Shown one piece after another: positions 53,001-62,809 of a stretch of DNA of 64,000 nucleotides (position 1 is its first letter; each line of letters starts with the position of its first letter). Where the stretch lies: positions 18,352,001 to 18,416,000 of the forward strand of contig NC_086381.1 in the NCBI RefSeq assembly GCF_036588685.1, written 5' to 3'. The position numbers and the translations under genes were made by a program. A model generated the notes under the pieces. That model was given only the letters and a program-made list of their open reading frames with translations. It did not search any database and had not been told where the DNA came from. This stretch comes from Mytilus trossulus (lineage: Eukaryota).

Positions 53001-56000
53001 ATGTCTGTTTTTATAAGCGATGATTATAAAATGTATTCAAAAACACTTAAAAAACAGTTTTAGAAATAACATGTTTTACTTTTTCTTGTGATTTAAGGTT
53101 ACTTAAGATATCCAATATATCATATTATCGTTTGACAAGTCTGTGTTGCCATCTCTATCTCAATAGGGATACGATATTATAGTTTGTTTTCTTCATATGT
53201 GAAAAAAAATATAACCACAAATGACATATAAATCCTATATTTCGAAATAAAGAATTAGTATTCCTTTTGGAACAATGGATTAGTTTTTGTACTCTTGCAT
53301 TAACTTTATTATAATTCGGTTAATATCAACAGTACATCACTGGTATTCTAATTGCTAAGTTTTTTGGTAAACTGTTGTTTGTTTGCTGTTTAATTCTGTT
53401 GGCTTAAGCTCTGTATTCAGGTATTTATTTACTCGTGACTTTTAAATTTGTCATTTACTGGTAAAGTTATCAAAGTTACCAGGATTATAATTTAGTACGC
53501 TAGACGCGCGTTTCGTCTACATAAGACTCATCAGTGACGCTTATATCAAAATAGTTATAAAGCCAAACAAATACAAAGTTGAAGAGCATTGAGGATCCAA
53601 AATTCCAAAAAGTTGTGCCAAATACAGCTAAGGTAATATATGCCTGGGATAAGAAAATCCTTAGTTTTTCGAAAAATTCAAAGTTTTATAAACAGGAAAC
53701 TATTTATAATTTACAACTTATAATATTGCAATATTTTTTTTCAGTAGACAAACTGCTGAAGGAAAAAATTAACTTAAATCTAAATGTTAAACTAAACTTG
53801 TTTCTTAACCGTTTTATTTTGTTTAATGGCTTTTTATTTTTTTGGAGATGAGTCATGTTTTATCCATATATTTACAATTGAATGGCGACTTGGTAGTTTT
53901 CTGTATTGTTTATGAAATTGTTGTTTGAATCCTTCTCAGATGTAGGGCTACTGATCTTATTATGTTTGAACGACATGATGTTATTTTTAATACCGACTGT
54001 AACCATTATGCTAAAATTTTAAAAGTTTTCAAATACCATCCAATCTCTCTTGACAATTCGATTGAGAATTTCTTCAACTTTTTCATACATGTCATCACTA
54101 AACCGTTTTGCAAACATTACTGGTAATTTTCTTTTCACTTTTGACATGCTGAAAATATACGTAAAGATGTTTGCAACAATTATGAAGTATCAAACAAGGC
54201 ACTGATAAACTTCTTATAATTCAACTTCTCTGAAAGAGTAAAACGTATTTCATAGTGAGTGATGCATGAATATGCATTAATGATCTGTATGATACTTTAA
54301 AGTATATAAATACGAAATAGAAAACCAAAGGAAACACACCATGTAATTCCGTATTACAATGATCACTATTTAACCACTGATGGCACGAACTTCAATTATA
54401 CAAGTCGGTTGTACTATTCATATGTGGATATTTGAATCCCTTGTGGTATATTTCAATACATACATTATACATTCTACATTGTCTAGTGGTATAGGAGAGG
54501 GTATATATATATATAGAGAGAAAATGAGTAACCCCAACGCTTCAGGCCTTTGTTAGTCTTGTACTATTTTTTGGTTTCTTTTAAATATTTAGGAGTTTAG
54601 TATGATCTCAATTATCACTAAACAAGTACACATTTTTGTTAAGGGCAAAGCTGAAGCATGCCTAAGGGTGTGGGATTTTCTTGCTGTATCGAAGACTTGG
54701 TGACCTTCGGCTGTTTTCTGTTCTTTGGTCGTGTCTTTTCTTGAATCATTCCCATTTTCATTCTAAATTTGATTACAAATGTTAGTATAGATTATAACAT
54801 GCCCTTTTCCATATTGGCTCTGGTATCATCCCGAGACTCCCATATCGGCCTCGAGGCTTTAGCCGAGGGCCGATATGGGTCGAGGGATGATACCCGGGCC
54901 AATATGGAAAAGACATGTTATAATCTTTTTATCACATATTTAAGTTCTGCAGAAAAGAGAGAAAAAAAAACGTCAATTACATAAAAGGTAAAGTCTTAAG
55001 GGAATTATCACAAACGTGTTGTTAAGGATGCAATGACGTCACGTCATTAGGAACAGGGCACAATATGGATATGTCTTTTTTGCCCCGGGCAATTTTGAGG
55101 TTATTGCATATGCAAAACCCGACGTATTCGTTACAAATATGTGATAATGAATGTTACATTCATTTAGCTTGAAATCGATTTGCCAAAAAATAATGATACA
55201 AAATTGGAAAATATTTTATCAAAATTCATAAAGGCATTACAATGTACATAGCTATAAAAAGATGTGGTATGAGAGCGTATGAGACAACTTCCCATCCAAG
55301 TCATTAGTTATACAAGTAAACCATTACAGGCCAAAACACGGTTCCAATACGGAGACTTGACTCACACCGAACCGCAAGGTATGTACATTAAAATGTTTTT
55401 ACTCTAAAAGGCAGCAATTGTATTTATTTATTAGATACATTTAATGGCACATGATATGAAACGATGATTCACTCCGGATTATCAGATATCAATCACATTT
55501 TTGTGGATGTCATGTAAGGACATTGTTGTAGTTTGTTGTAACAATATCTTACGAAGAACTGTATCAAATGCAAAGACCTTATTGATTGTCTGAACGATAT
55601 CTGTAGGTGCTGTTTCTTTTTCATATTTTTATTTCTTTTGTTAAATGATACAGATAACATCATTATGTATGAGCTATGCCGTTTAGATCGATTGTGAATA
55701 TATGTTTCTTACTATAACAAATTTGGATTTTGGAAGACGTGTTCAATGAATAAGAAATAATATCTTTAGAAAACTAATAAAGATTTGAAGAGTTTTTAGT
55801 TTTACTTACCAATTGGAATTATCTTTCATTGGTACAATTCCTTTATAATGAACTCTTTCAATCATTTCGTTGTAGTCTAAATTATCGTATGCACGCATAT
55901 CTAACATGTCTAATCATTTCAATTATATCTTAAACTTTACATTCATATTAAACGTTGTACCAAATTGATACTTGTAAACTATTGAGAAGTGTTAATGTTC

Positions 56001-59000
56001 GAGGAAAAACTAAACTAATAAACTTACTCTTTAAGACATAATGCAATAAGATCCGCTGTTCCGCCAGTGCCTTTAACAACTACAACCGATATGTTTTTGT
56101 AGATAGCTCGAATGACATGTTCTAGTGTGTCTAATCCACCATTTATTACAAACAAAACAACCGGAACTCTAATTTCTGAAAATTTGAGCGTAATGAGTAA
56201 TAAAAAAGACTCATAATATATGAAGTTTCATCCTAAGTTTAGTTTACAAGAGCACAATCATGTGTTTACATTTTGCCAGCACGTTTTTTTATATCCAAAA
56301 ATGGAGTACAATGAATTATTGTGAATTCCGATTGAATAATACAAGGTAATATCATTTTTAATTCAAAGCTTATTAGTGACATTTGTCAATGCCAACAATT
56401 AAATCAACATCCCTATTTTGTAACTTTCATTTTTATTTAAAAAAATCGTCAACATTAATGTTCATGACATCATTCATAATTGACACAAGTGCAATCGCAC
56501 ACGATGTACGACATATTTTAATGTATGATTCTATATTTAATGACAGTTTCATCAAAATAGATATTTTTCATTTTTCAATATATTTTTTTCTTCTTTTTTC
56601 TTTTTTTATCTCCGACGCCACCTTTTGATGATTTGATGGTTGCAATTGCTCTGCGAACACATCGTCAGTAAACTTAATTACGACCATCAAATCAACATTT
56701 TAAGACGTCGGTACTTACAATTCAATACAGTTATCTCCTGACTTTTAAAGATATGGAAAATATATTCATTGTTTTAACAAGATGACTTAAGAATTGATTT
56801 GCCTAGTTTAGTATTTAAAGATAAGAATATGAAGATTTGGTGTGATTGTCAATGAGACAGCTCTCTGCCAAAGACCAAATGACTTTAGGTTACAATACGA
56901 CCTTACAAAATAAGCAAAACCAATACCACATAGCCAGCTATTAAAGTCGAAGATTACCAACAACGTCATAGCAAATGTTCTTTCTATTAATATGTAATAG
57001 CAGTAAATTTTGTGAATTCTTTATACGTGGAATGCTGTTCACCTGTCCTTGAATATCAAAACAAAAAAACTAATATACCTTTGAAAATCCCAGATGGTTT
57101 ATTTAAATTTTCTTTTTCTCTTAAAGTTACATCTTCGAATTTAACTCTCCCCTCTGCATTGATGTAGTTCTCTATTTCTAAAAGCTAAAAAAGGTATAAC
57201 AAAAATGTTTGTTTTGCAGTAATTGCTTTATTCTTTCATAACTTGCTCCACTTTACCCAAAAATATTTTCAAACGCCATCTGAACTATCTTTCAAGATTT
57301 TCAAATGATTTTTTTAGATATACATCAATGCATAAGCTATTTTTATTACGTTCAATTTCAAATTGTTTTTTTCATACATGGAGGAAAGTATTGTGACGAT
57401 GTTGTGTGTATTTTGTTTTTATTCCAACCAAACATATTAATAATAAACTCGTCATAGATACCAGGATTAAATTTCGTATATACGCCAGACGCGCGTTTCG
57501 TCTACAAAAGACTCATCAGTGACGCTCGAATCCAAAAAAGTTAAAAGGCAAAATAAAGTACGAAGTTGAAGAGCATTGAGGACCACAATTATCAAACGTT
57601 AAGTCAGCTACTCCTGCTTTGTTCTCTTTATATATACAACAATTAGGTTATTTTTGAACGACTTGTTTTATATTAAAAAACAACAATATGTTGATTATGT
57701 ACCATGGCTAGTGTTACCTAAAATGTTAATTTTTTAATAAGAATTACTGCTAACAACAAAAACGTATAAGGAATATTCATTAATCACGGGACATTGAAAC
57801 TCTTGAAAGATAAAGGCATACCTGTAATTTGGTCATGGCTTTCTGATTCAAAATACTTTCCTTGTTTAACCTTATCTATTTCTAAGTGATAACTGTTCTT
57901 ATGATTATTATAATTGTAATAAAATGTAAAATGAGTATCAAATCAAACTTTTACTCTGCATGATAGTGGAGAGATTCATAGGTTTGCTTTCGTTTTTCAA
58001 TCGTACTTGTAACTTCTAGAATAGTAAACTTCTCACTTTTTTATCTGAGCGTCACTGATGAGTCATATGCAGACGAAACGTGCGTCGGGTGTATAAAGTT
58101 ATCAAAGGCGCCAGAATTATAGTTCAATACGTAAGACGCATGTTTTGTCTACATAAGACTCATCAGTGACCGTCAGGTCAAAATAGTTATAAGCCAAACA
58201 TGTACAAAGCTGAAGAGCATTGATGACCCAAAATTCTAAAACGTTGTGCTAAATAGAGCTATGGTATTCCAAGCTTATTTTAATTTTCTTATCAATATGA
58301 GTATTTTTGTTGTTTTCTATAGATGCTTACCTTCATTAAATCGAGTTTATCATTGTTTTCTGTTGCCTACAACGATAAATAGTAACGATAAAAAATTATT
58401 ACAACATACGCTTTAAAACGTCACCAACAAGACACGTTTGAAACTGCGTTTAACTCAATGTTTGAAGAAACCATGACTGAAATGAATTACAGGATAATAT
58501 CAAAAAGTTTGTCTTGAATAGAACAAAATGCAAAAATAAATATAAATCGATCTTTATTTTTTGTTATTCGATCTGTTACATGTGTATTGTCAAACTAATG
58601 CAACGTGAAACAGAATTAATGTTACAAAAATTAGTATTTAGTACCGTGGTCGCAAGACTTTTCAAACACATGTTCAGTGCATACATGTATAACCCTTAAA
58701 CCGCATCTGCATAGCATTAAATTAGTATGTCAGCTGTAATGGTCTAATATACAAATACAAAAAAGAGATAGGATTACTTAGGAGTAAACTAAATTGAACC
58801 TACCAGATAGCATATACAGAGTATGTAAACAAATATAACATGCATAATAAATACGGTTGTTTGTCTGTTGATATCTGACTGAATAGATTATATGCTGACA
58901 GACAATTGTTATAAAATCAAGTAAAGGATTTTTGTTTCATAATCATGTTTCAGATTTTATTGTTTTAATTACTCACTGTAACCTTTCCTGAGCCTGAATT

Positions 59001-62000
59001 ATTAACGTCTGTCTGTAATCATATAAATATTTAAAAGAATAGATGAAATGTATACAGACATATTATAGACTGTTGTACATTTGATATTATCGCAATACGT
59101 TTAATTGTACAACAATGTATTATACAAATACCCGAATTCACGGTATTACTTACAAAATAGCGACCATTCTGCAAATTATATTATCATTACCACGTTGTTA
59201 AGTAAATCCAAAGTAGGAGATGTGATACATAATGCAGCAAAATTTAGATTTTTTTTTATAGTTTGCCTAGACAATATATTTCTGCATTAGGAGCAAGTAA
59301 TTTTAATGTTTGCAAATTCGAAAAAAAAAGAAAATTTTAGCAATATTGAATAGATTTAGAGCAAACTGTTAAAAATTGATGGATTTTCAGCGTCAAGTAC
59401 CAACTAGTACACGCATATCTATGACCGATGTATGTGATACAATAATGTATATTGACGCTGCCGTAAAGATAACTTCCAAATTCCAAATTCCAAACGTTTT
59501 ATTAGAACCTATTATTGATCATATTACCGCAGCTGGGATATATGACTGGAACGATACCAATACCATGGTGTCATATAAAAGCGTGTTCTACTTACAAATT
59601 TATACCTTCTTTGGACTTTTTGATTGATATTCGTAGTCTCTATTTTTTTTCAACTGACTGATACCATTTTGTTTAAATATAAAAACTACTTTTTGAAAAT
59701 AGGTCCTTTCATTGTTTTTTCAAAACAAAGTGTCAGTGTTAAAATGTGAAAAATCAATAGGAATTTTTTTTCCGTAAAACTTTCAGCTGATTAACAAACA
59801 AAAGTACACCAATCTGTCATTGTTTCTATTCTTTAAGTTCCGTTGTTTTTAAACTATTAAAATATCCACTCCTCAATATGCTTAAATTCCTTTGACTTCA
59901 GACTATTAAATTATCACAGTCTGGGAATAAACTTTGTATACGACAGAGGAGTGAACTCCTTCAGGATGTTCTTACAAACCAAAAAAGTGGTAAAACTATC
60001 ATAAAAAGAATGGATAGATGTAAATTAGAGGATTATATTATATTATGTGTTTTTAAGTTATCCATTTCTAAATAAAGTTACCAATAACAGTGTATATAGA
60101 AATAGGTTGGAAAGGTATTTAAGGATGGCAAAAATGGTAAATTATAATGATTAATATCAACTGAATGAACTTCCGGATTTACGGATATATTTTTTTTTTA
60201 TGTATATATACATGTACATGTATGTGCCCTTGTCGCTTTGAGATTATTCAACCACGGTTCTTTATCAATTCAATATGGAACCTTCACATTAATGAAGTAA
60301 CAAGGACATGTAGTGAATGTTTCCGCAAACCAATAAAAAAATATCCCATAGTATTTCAAGTAGCCTTTTCTAAGTCATATCGCATGATTTATTTGTTTCA
60401 AACTAGTTTTTTTTTTAATTTATCTTCGGTTTGAGTAAAGTAAAACTAAATCCTATTGTTTTGTATCTTTTTATTATTTTGTTCGTATAATGATCATACA
60501 TTTTCATCTAGACCATTATAAAAACAGATAGTCAACGAAAATAGTTCAGTGCCTTTCGTGATAACTTACATCCTTTTTGCTTTTGGTAGATATTTTGTGT
60601 TACGCTTACTTTTATGTTGGAAGTGTATCCATACGTTAACTGTGGTAAACTTTCAATATGACAACTATCCCTGATGATTGTATTTGCAATTCTAATATCC
60701 TGTTCCTTGTAAAGAAATCCACATCCTATGATATAAAAAGGAATATTGTACATTTATGTTCCTTGTCATTGATATTATTAGGTAATGCTTTATTTTATTG
60801 GCTGAAATTGTGTTTTATTGAATGTCACTTGGAAAACAATTCAAATAAATTTAGAATGATTTATTGTAATAGAGTTGAAACAAATAATGTGAATGTTGAG
60901 TTTTTATTTTTGTTTCTAATTGTATATAATTGATCAAATACACGATAACTGAGTTTGATGTTGATTTTGGGCATACATTTTTAGTAGGTTCAATTTTTAA
61001 ATGTAAAATCACAAAACTTTCTAAACTAAACGAAATTTTAAAAAGGAAAGTCTCTAATCAAATTGCAAAATCAAAAGCTACAACACATCAAACGAATGGA
61101 TAACAACTGTCATATTCCTGACTTTGTACAGGTATTTTCTTATGTGGAAAATGGTGGATTGAACATGGTTTTATAGCTAGCTAAATAAAGGCAGCGGTAG
61201 TATACCGCTGTTTAAAACTCGTATATCTATGGACAAAAAACTAAATTAGGGTAACAAACTAAAACTGAGGGAAACACATTAAATATAAGAGGAGAACAAC
61301 GACACAACATTAAAATGTAACACACACAGAAACAGACTAAGCATTAGACAAAATCCGATGAGAATAACAAATATAACATCAAAACCAATTACATGAATTT
61401 GGGATAGAAAAGTACTCTCTCAATTTTTATGACAGTCACATCATGTTCCTTTATATTGACAACGATGCACTTTCTTTCATGATACGGGTTATGTTCTTCT
61501 CATATATTTTATAATGGTATACATTTAAACCCCTAAAGGGAGGAATTGTTCTTGATTTTTATTTGAGAATGACATAATCTTTCAATTGAATTCAATTTGT
61601 TTTATTTCTGCGTTAATTGCTACAATACATAACCGCTTTTAATTTAACTACAAAACAAATGAAAAAAAGCAAATAGGACTTAGCTAGTACATAGAGATAT
61701 ATATTTGTTCAATTAAAAAAGAAATCATTTACTTCCTGCATATCTTGCAACATGAGAGAGTGCTTCCTTTAACAACATCTTGTGTTTCCATTTATACGTA
61801 GGAATTAACTCATTGTAAGCGCCAATTAATGATATCAAAATTCTTGGCTCCCCTAATTTTCTGATATTATTCCATATTTCAAATACATCTCTTATAGGCT
61901 TCTTTTGTGAAGGAAGAGGCGGTGTAGTAGGTTGCTTTGGTGAAGGAAGAGGCGATGTAGTAGGTTGCTTTGGTGATGAAGGTTCAGATGGCACAGGCGA

Positions 62001-62347
62001 TGGTTGCTTTTGAACGATCGGTAGTTGCTAGTAAAGATAGTAATATTTGATGATTATAATTTTTAAATAAAAACAACAAAATACATTTGTTATGTCCGAA
62101 AAGTATTTATCAATGGTAAAATCAAGCCATTCGTATATTGACTATTCCATTATGTACAAACCAAAATTCAAGTATTTTATTCGCAACCAGCAACTATCCA
62201 GTTTCAATATTATTATCTTTTGTAATTTGTTAAAGTATTTTTAAAGGTTTAAAAAAAAATTTCACTGCATATATTTGCATCGTGAATGAATTGACATTAA
62301 TAACTTACAGTCTGTTCTTCAGGTGGGATATCTATCCATTCCTGCCT
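28915..62347 (-). CDS. Divergent TRPM-like (TRPM2-like) cation channel; >=26 exons, >=1100 aa visible, 5' end beyond the window
   Basis: Phase-consistent GT-AG exons: 62347-62309, 62027-61733, 60725-60610, 59012-58977, 58366-58331, 58015-57955, 57881-57822, 57625-57378 (interrupted), 57184-57079, 56175-56028, 54148-54037, 52610-52514, 51651-51494, 49166-49053, 48501-48439, 47298-47196, 44158-43979, 41238-41139, 40416-40119, 38917-38849, 36924-36793, 36023-35772, 35122-34927, 32852-32693, 31817-31624, 29000-28915. Motifs: SLOG (PRILISLIG; PVVLFVINGGLDT..VVVKGTGGTADLIA), APVTK pre-S1, S1-S6 (DMWNILD; LLLNIVIAMFS), pore PYWQVYGELYLD, TRP box WRYHR. Confidence 0.88.
29283..29841. mobile_element. 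Hairpin-bearing non-autonomous element
   Basis: ~150-bp palindrome 29691-29841; the body is bounded by short inverted repeats atattattaattt / aaattaataatat. Confidence 0.7.
30570..30830 (-). mobile_element. Copy of the abundant dispersed repeat family (aagatgtggtatgattgccaatgagacaact...)
   Basis: Reverse-complement homology to 38975-39345. Confidence 0.75.
31118..31570 (-). mobile_element. Non-LTR retrozyme, family B, ~1.3 monomers (345-nt period)
   Basis: Hammerheads at 31147-31185 (stem II partly deleted) and 31492-31535 (intact). Confidence 0.85.
31492..31535 (-). ncRNA. Type I minimal hammerhead ribozyme, family B (intact)
   Basis: gcauca CUGAAGA gaca uguau uguc GAAA u gcac a UC| uggugc. 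Confidence 0.83.
31624..31817 (-). CDS. TRPM-like exon, TRP helix
   Basis: ARFDLIKTKSSQKWRYHRHSVVIEYEHKIPSPLNIPF... Confidence 0.88.
32693..32852 (-). CDS. TRPM-like exon, post-pore loop and S6
   Basis: SDDTGCTTNSTLWMNDPSLNRCPTSDWLPPVIAATYMMLTNWLLLNIVIAMF. Confidence 0.9.
33504..33841. mobile_element. Hairpin-bearing non-autonomous element (hairpin centre appears eroded)
   Basis: Arms taagaattgaatgcttctttttgtaa / ttacaaaaaatagcattcaatactta, then a body with short terminal inverted repeats. Confidence 0.6.
34927..35122 (-). CDS. TRPM-like exon, S5 and pore helix/filter
   Basis: LVDLGEYLVILIILMFASGIVYHANIYPN...IPYWQVYGELYLDVLE. Confidence 0.9.
35772..36023 (-). CDS. TRPM-like exon, S3-S4
   Basis: FDMWNILDFVCFILYIVGF...RRIYSVALFIMFLRLL..FGIIIIMIKEM|gtgagt. 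Confidence 0.9.
36793..36924 (-). CDS. TRPM-like exon, S1-S2
   Basis: IFFVTALVMFSFFLTRDLKTEISILEGMIFFYMCGDLLEELWSM. Confidence 0.88.
38440..38796 (+). pseudogene. DNA-transposase fragment (possibly Academ-like)
   Basis: LQLHHEFGSKKLIE.. and EAAEHIDLNAETIDGKNTFHFMARFVFQ resemble large invertebrate transposases; decayed, and antisense within a TRPM intron. Confidence 0.45.
38849..38917 (-). CDS. TRPM-like exon, pre-S1
   Basis: DHLHLDSAWTLIKAPVTKLSFHV|gtaagt. Confidence 0.85.
38975..39345 (+). mobile_element. Abundant dispersed non-autonomous repeat (class not determined)
   Basis: Closely similar to 49258-49648; partial copies at 1241-1385, 27205-27470, 55258-55380 and 56828-56945, plus minus-strand copies. 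Confidence 0.8.
40119..40416 (-). CDS. TRPM-like exon, MHR4
   Basis: KFTSRAVKLLDKLF...WDHKESPLHFG..EEFISHPSAQK. Confidence 0.85.
41139..41238 (-). CDS. TRPM-like exon
   Basis: LTALVSNVYLSAMADKAEQLFEETLQADILSHS. Confidence 0.82.
42167..43100. repeat. ~104-bp direct repeat pair (42167-42270, 42997-43100)
   Basis: tttgaccttgtagtgtctga..ggtagacctatatccggttttgttc occurs twice, 830 bp apart. Confidence 0.8.
43979..44158 (-). CDS. TRPM-like exon
   Basis: ...PVIESLRVAIMGNDVQLAAELWSNSDNPM|gtaaga. Confidence 0.85.
45253..45850. mobile_element. Hairpin-bearing non-autonomous element
   Basis: Palindrome 45253-45365; body bounded by attctaataggac / gtcatgttagaat. Confidence 0.7.
46400..47145 (+). mobile_element. 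Heavily decayed Penelope-like RT fragment
   Basis: FLLDNI.VRF, RYLDD, YPKE, FPFLDLDI..NDKRDD motifs with many stops; homologous to 13800-14440. Confidence 0.75.
47196..47298 (-). CDS. TRPM-like exon
   Basis: NVHPDAVSYLANGKGKGFKDTQDAIRSISNKLIQ|gtgagt; phases fit. Confidence 0.75.
48020..48323 (+). mobile_element. HINE / DINE-1-like Helentron-associated element
   Basis: T-run, subTIR atgccccac, partial IR ggggcat, (GTCC/GTTC)n microsatellite, core, 3' subTIR gtggggcat and stem-loop gtgtac..ggacac. Confidence 0.75.
48439..48501 (-). CDS. TRPM-like exon
   Basis: VVKSPISTPAGNDKNGFKLLE, phase 0-0. Confidence 0.65.
49053..49166 (-). CDS. TRPM-like exon
   Basis: HTFVNAFLGKRTDIIKQILSSNEHFALSKQQFTALCQE. 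Confidence 0.78.
49258..49648 (+). mobile_element. Abundant dispersed non-autonomous repeat
   Basis: Homologous to 38975-39345. Confidence 0.8.
50670..51180 (+). mobile_element. Retrozyme family A dimer with both hammerheads mutated
   Basis: 50774-50817 (CTAATTA instead of CTGATGA) and 51103-51146 (GATA instead of GAAA). Confidence 0.85.
51494..51651 (-). CDS. TRPM-like exon
   Basis: DESFLTTDLMNLSQIDFISKYVAEIDSLSKKELFGG...; an alternative donor at 51526 is possible. Confidence 0.7.
52514..52610 (-). CDS. TRPM-like exon
   Basis: ISIFNVKKNSHKELWEKLTDGIMRAWSFEEKK. Confidence 0.78.
52697..52955 (-). mobile_element. Retrozyme fragment (family A-type hammerhead, mutated)
   Basis: acgtcagacgcgcgtttggtgtacaaaagactcatcagtgacg. 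Confidence 0.75.
53465..53700 (-). mobile_element. Retrozyme family A fragment; hammerhead 53497-53540 core intact
   Basis: One C-A mismatch in stem I only. Confidence 0.85.
54037..54148 (-). CDS. TRPM-like exon
   Basis: MSKVKRKLPVMFAKRFSDDMYEKVEEILNRIVKRDWM. Confidence 0.78.
54791..55147. mobile_element. Hairpin-bearing non-autonomous element
   Basis: Palindrome 54791-54924; body bounded by ttatcacatattt / aaatatgtgataa. Confidence 0.75.
56028..56175 (-). CDS. TRPM-like exon, SLOG/MHR2 core
   Basis: IRVPVVLFVINGGLDTLEHVIRAIYKNISVVVVKGTGGTADLIALCL. Confidence 0.92.
57079..57184 (-). CDS. TRPM-like exon
   Basis: LLEIENYINAEGRVKFEDVTLREKENLNKPSGIFK. Confidence 0.8.
57378..57625 (-). CDS. 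Putative TRPM-like exon split by a 144-bp retrozyme insertion
   Basis: ENKAGVADLTFDN [insert 57444-57587] LLICLVGIKTKYTQHRHNTFLH|gtatga; provides the phase 1->0 link between neighbouring exons. Confidence 0.6.
57482..57525 (-). ncRNA. Type I minimal hammerhead ribozyme (intact) within retrozyme fragment 57444-57587
   Basis: gcguca CUGAUGA gucu uuugu agac GAAA c gcgc g UC| uggcgu. Confidence 0.88.
57822..59012 (-). CDS. Cluster of four short TRPM-like exons (59012-58977, 58366-58331, 58015-57955, 57881-57822)
   Basis: TDVNNSGSGKVT; ATENNDKLDLMK; KLQVRLKNESKPMNLSTIMQ; KIDKVKQGKYFESESHDQIT. Canonical splice sites and chained phases. Confidence 0.6.
58040..58265. mobile_element. Two retrozyme fragments in inverted orientation
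   Basis: Plus-strand hammerhead 58049-58092 (core intact, weak stem I) and minus-strand 58129-58172 (GAAA mutated). Confidence 0.8.
60610..60725 (-). CDS. TRPM-like exon
   Basis: RCGFLYKEQDIRIANTIIRDSCHIESLPQLTYGYTSNIK|gtaagc. Confidence 0.72.
61733..62027 (-). CDS. TRPM-like exon, Pro-rich linker and start of SLOG
   Basis: QLPIVQKQPSPVPSEPSSPKQPTT...GEPRILISLIGAY..LLKEALSHVARYAG. Confidence 0.85.
62309..62347 (-). CDS. TRPM-like exon (most 5' found)
   Basis: ttttcag|RQEWIDIPPEEQT|gtaagt. Confidence 0.65.
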
Positions 62348-62474
62348 CTGAAAATTATTGTATGGCTAATGTGAGTTTCGTTTCAATCATAAATTTCTAA
62401 AAAACCAACGTACCATTGGTAGAACAAATCAATCTATACATACATGTACATATGTACATGCATACATGTTTATA

Positions 62475-62676
62475 CTGTAAATTCAGAAATTATTGCGTGC
62501 AATAATTATTGCAATTTTGTCAGTTTCGACTTAAATGTGATTTTTATTTTTACAATTATGAGAAAAATCCTGTTTAATTCATATAATATAATTCAAAATG
62601 CGATTTTATATTATTGCGTTTACAACTCGCATTTTTCGTAATATCAAAAACCTCGCAATAATTTCTGAATTTTTAG
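62475..62676. mobile_element. MITE with ~23-bp TIRs and TA target duplication (Tc1/mariner-like)
   Basis: ta|ctgtaaattcagaaattattgcg ... cgcaataatttctgaatttttag|ta. Confidence 0.8.
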
Positions 62677-62809
62677 TATATAATTTTTAGGTCTAGAATT
62701 CAGTGTATAATGATAGAACTGCAATTTAAAGCTGAAATTTGTGAATATCCTGTCATGATTTCTTTGATAATGTATTGCTGCTCACTGAATGCTATTAATC
62801 TAAGAATAA

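Noticed and set aside
55810-55876. Exon-like segment ending in gtaagt on the minus strand
   Set aside because: Out of phase with the preceding SLOG exon; no TRPM similarity.
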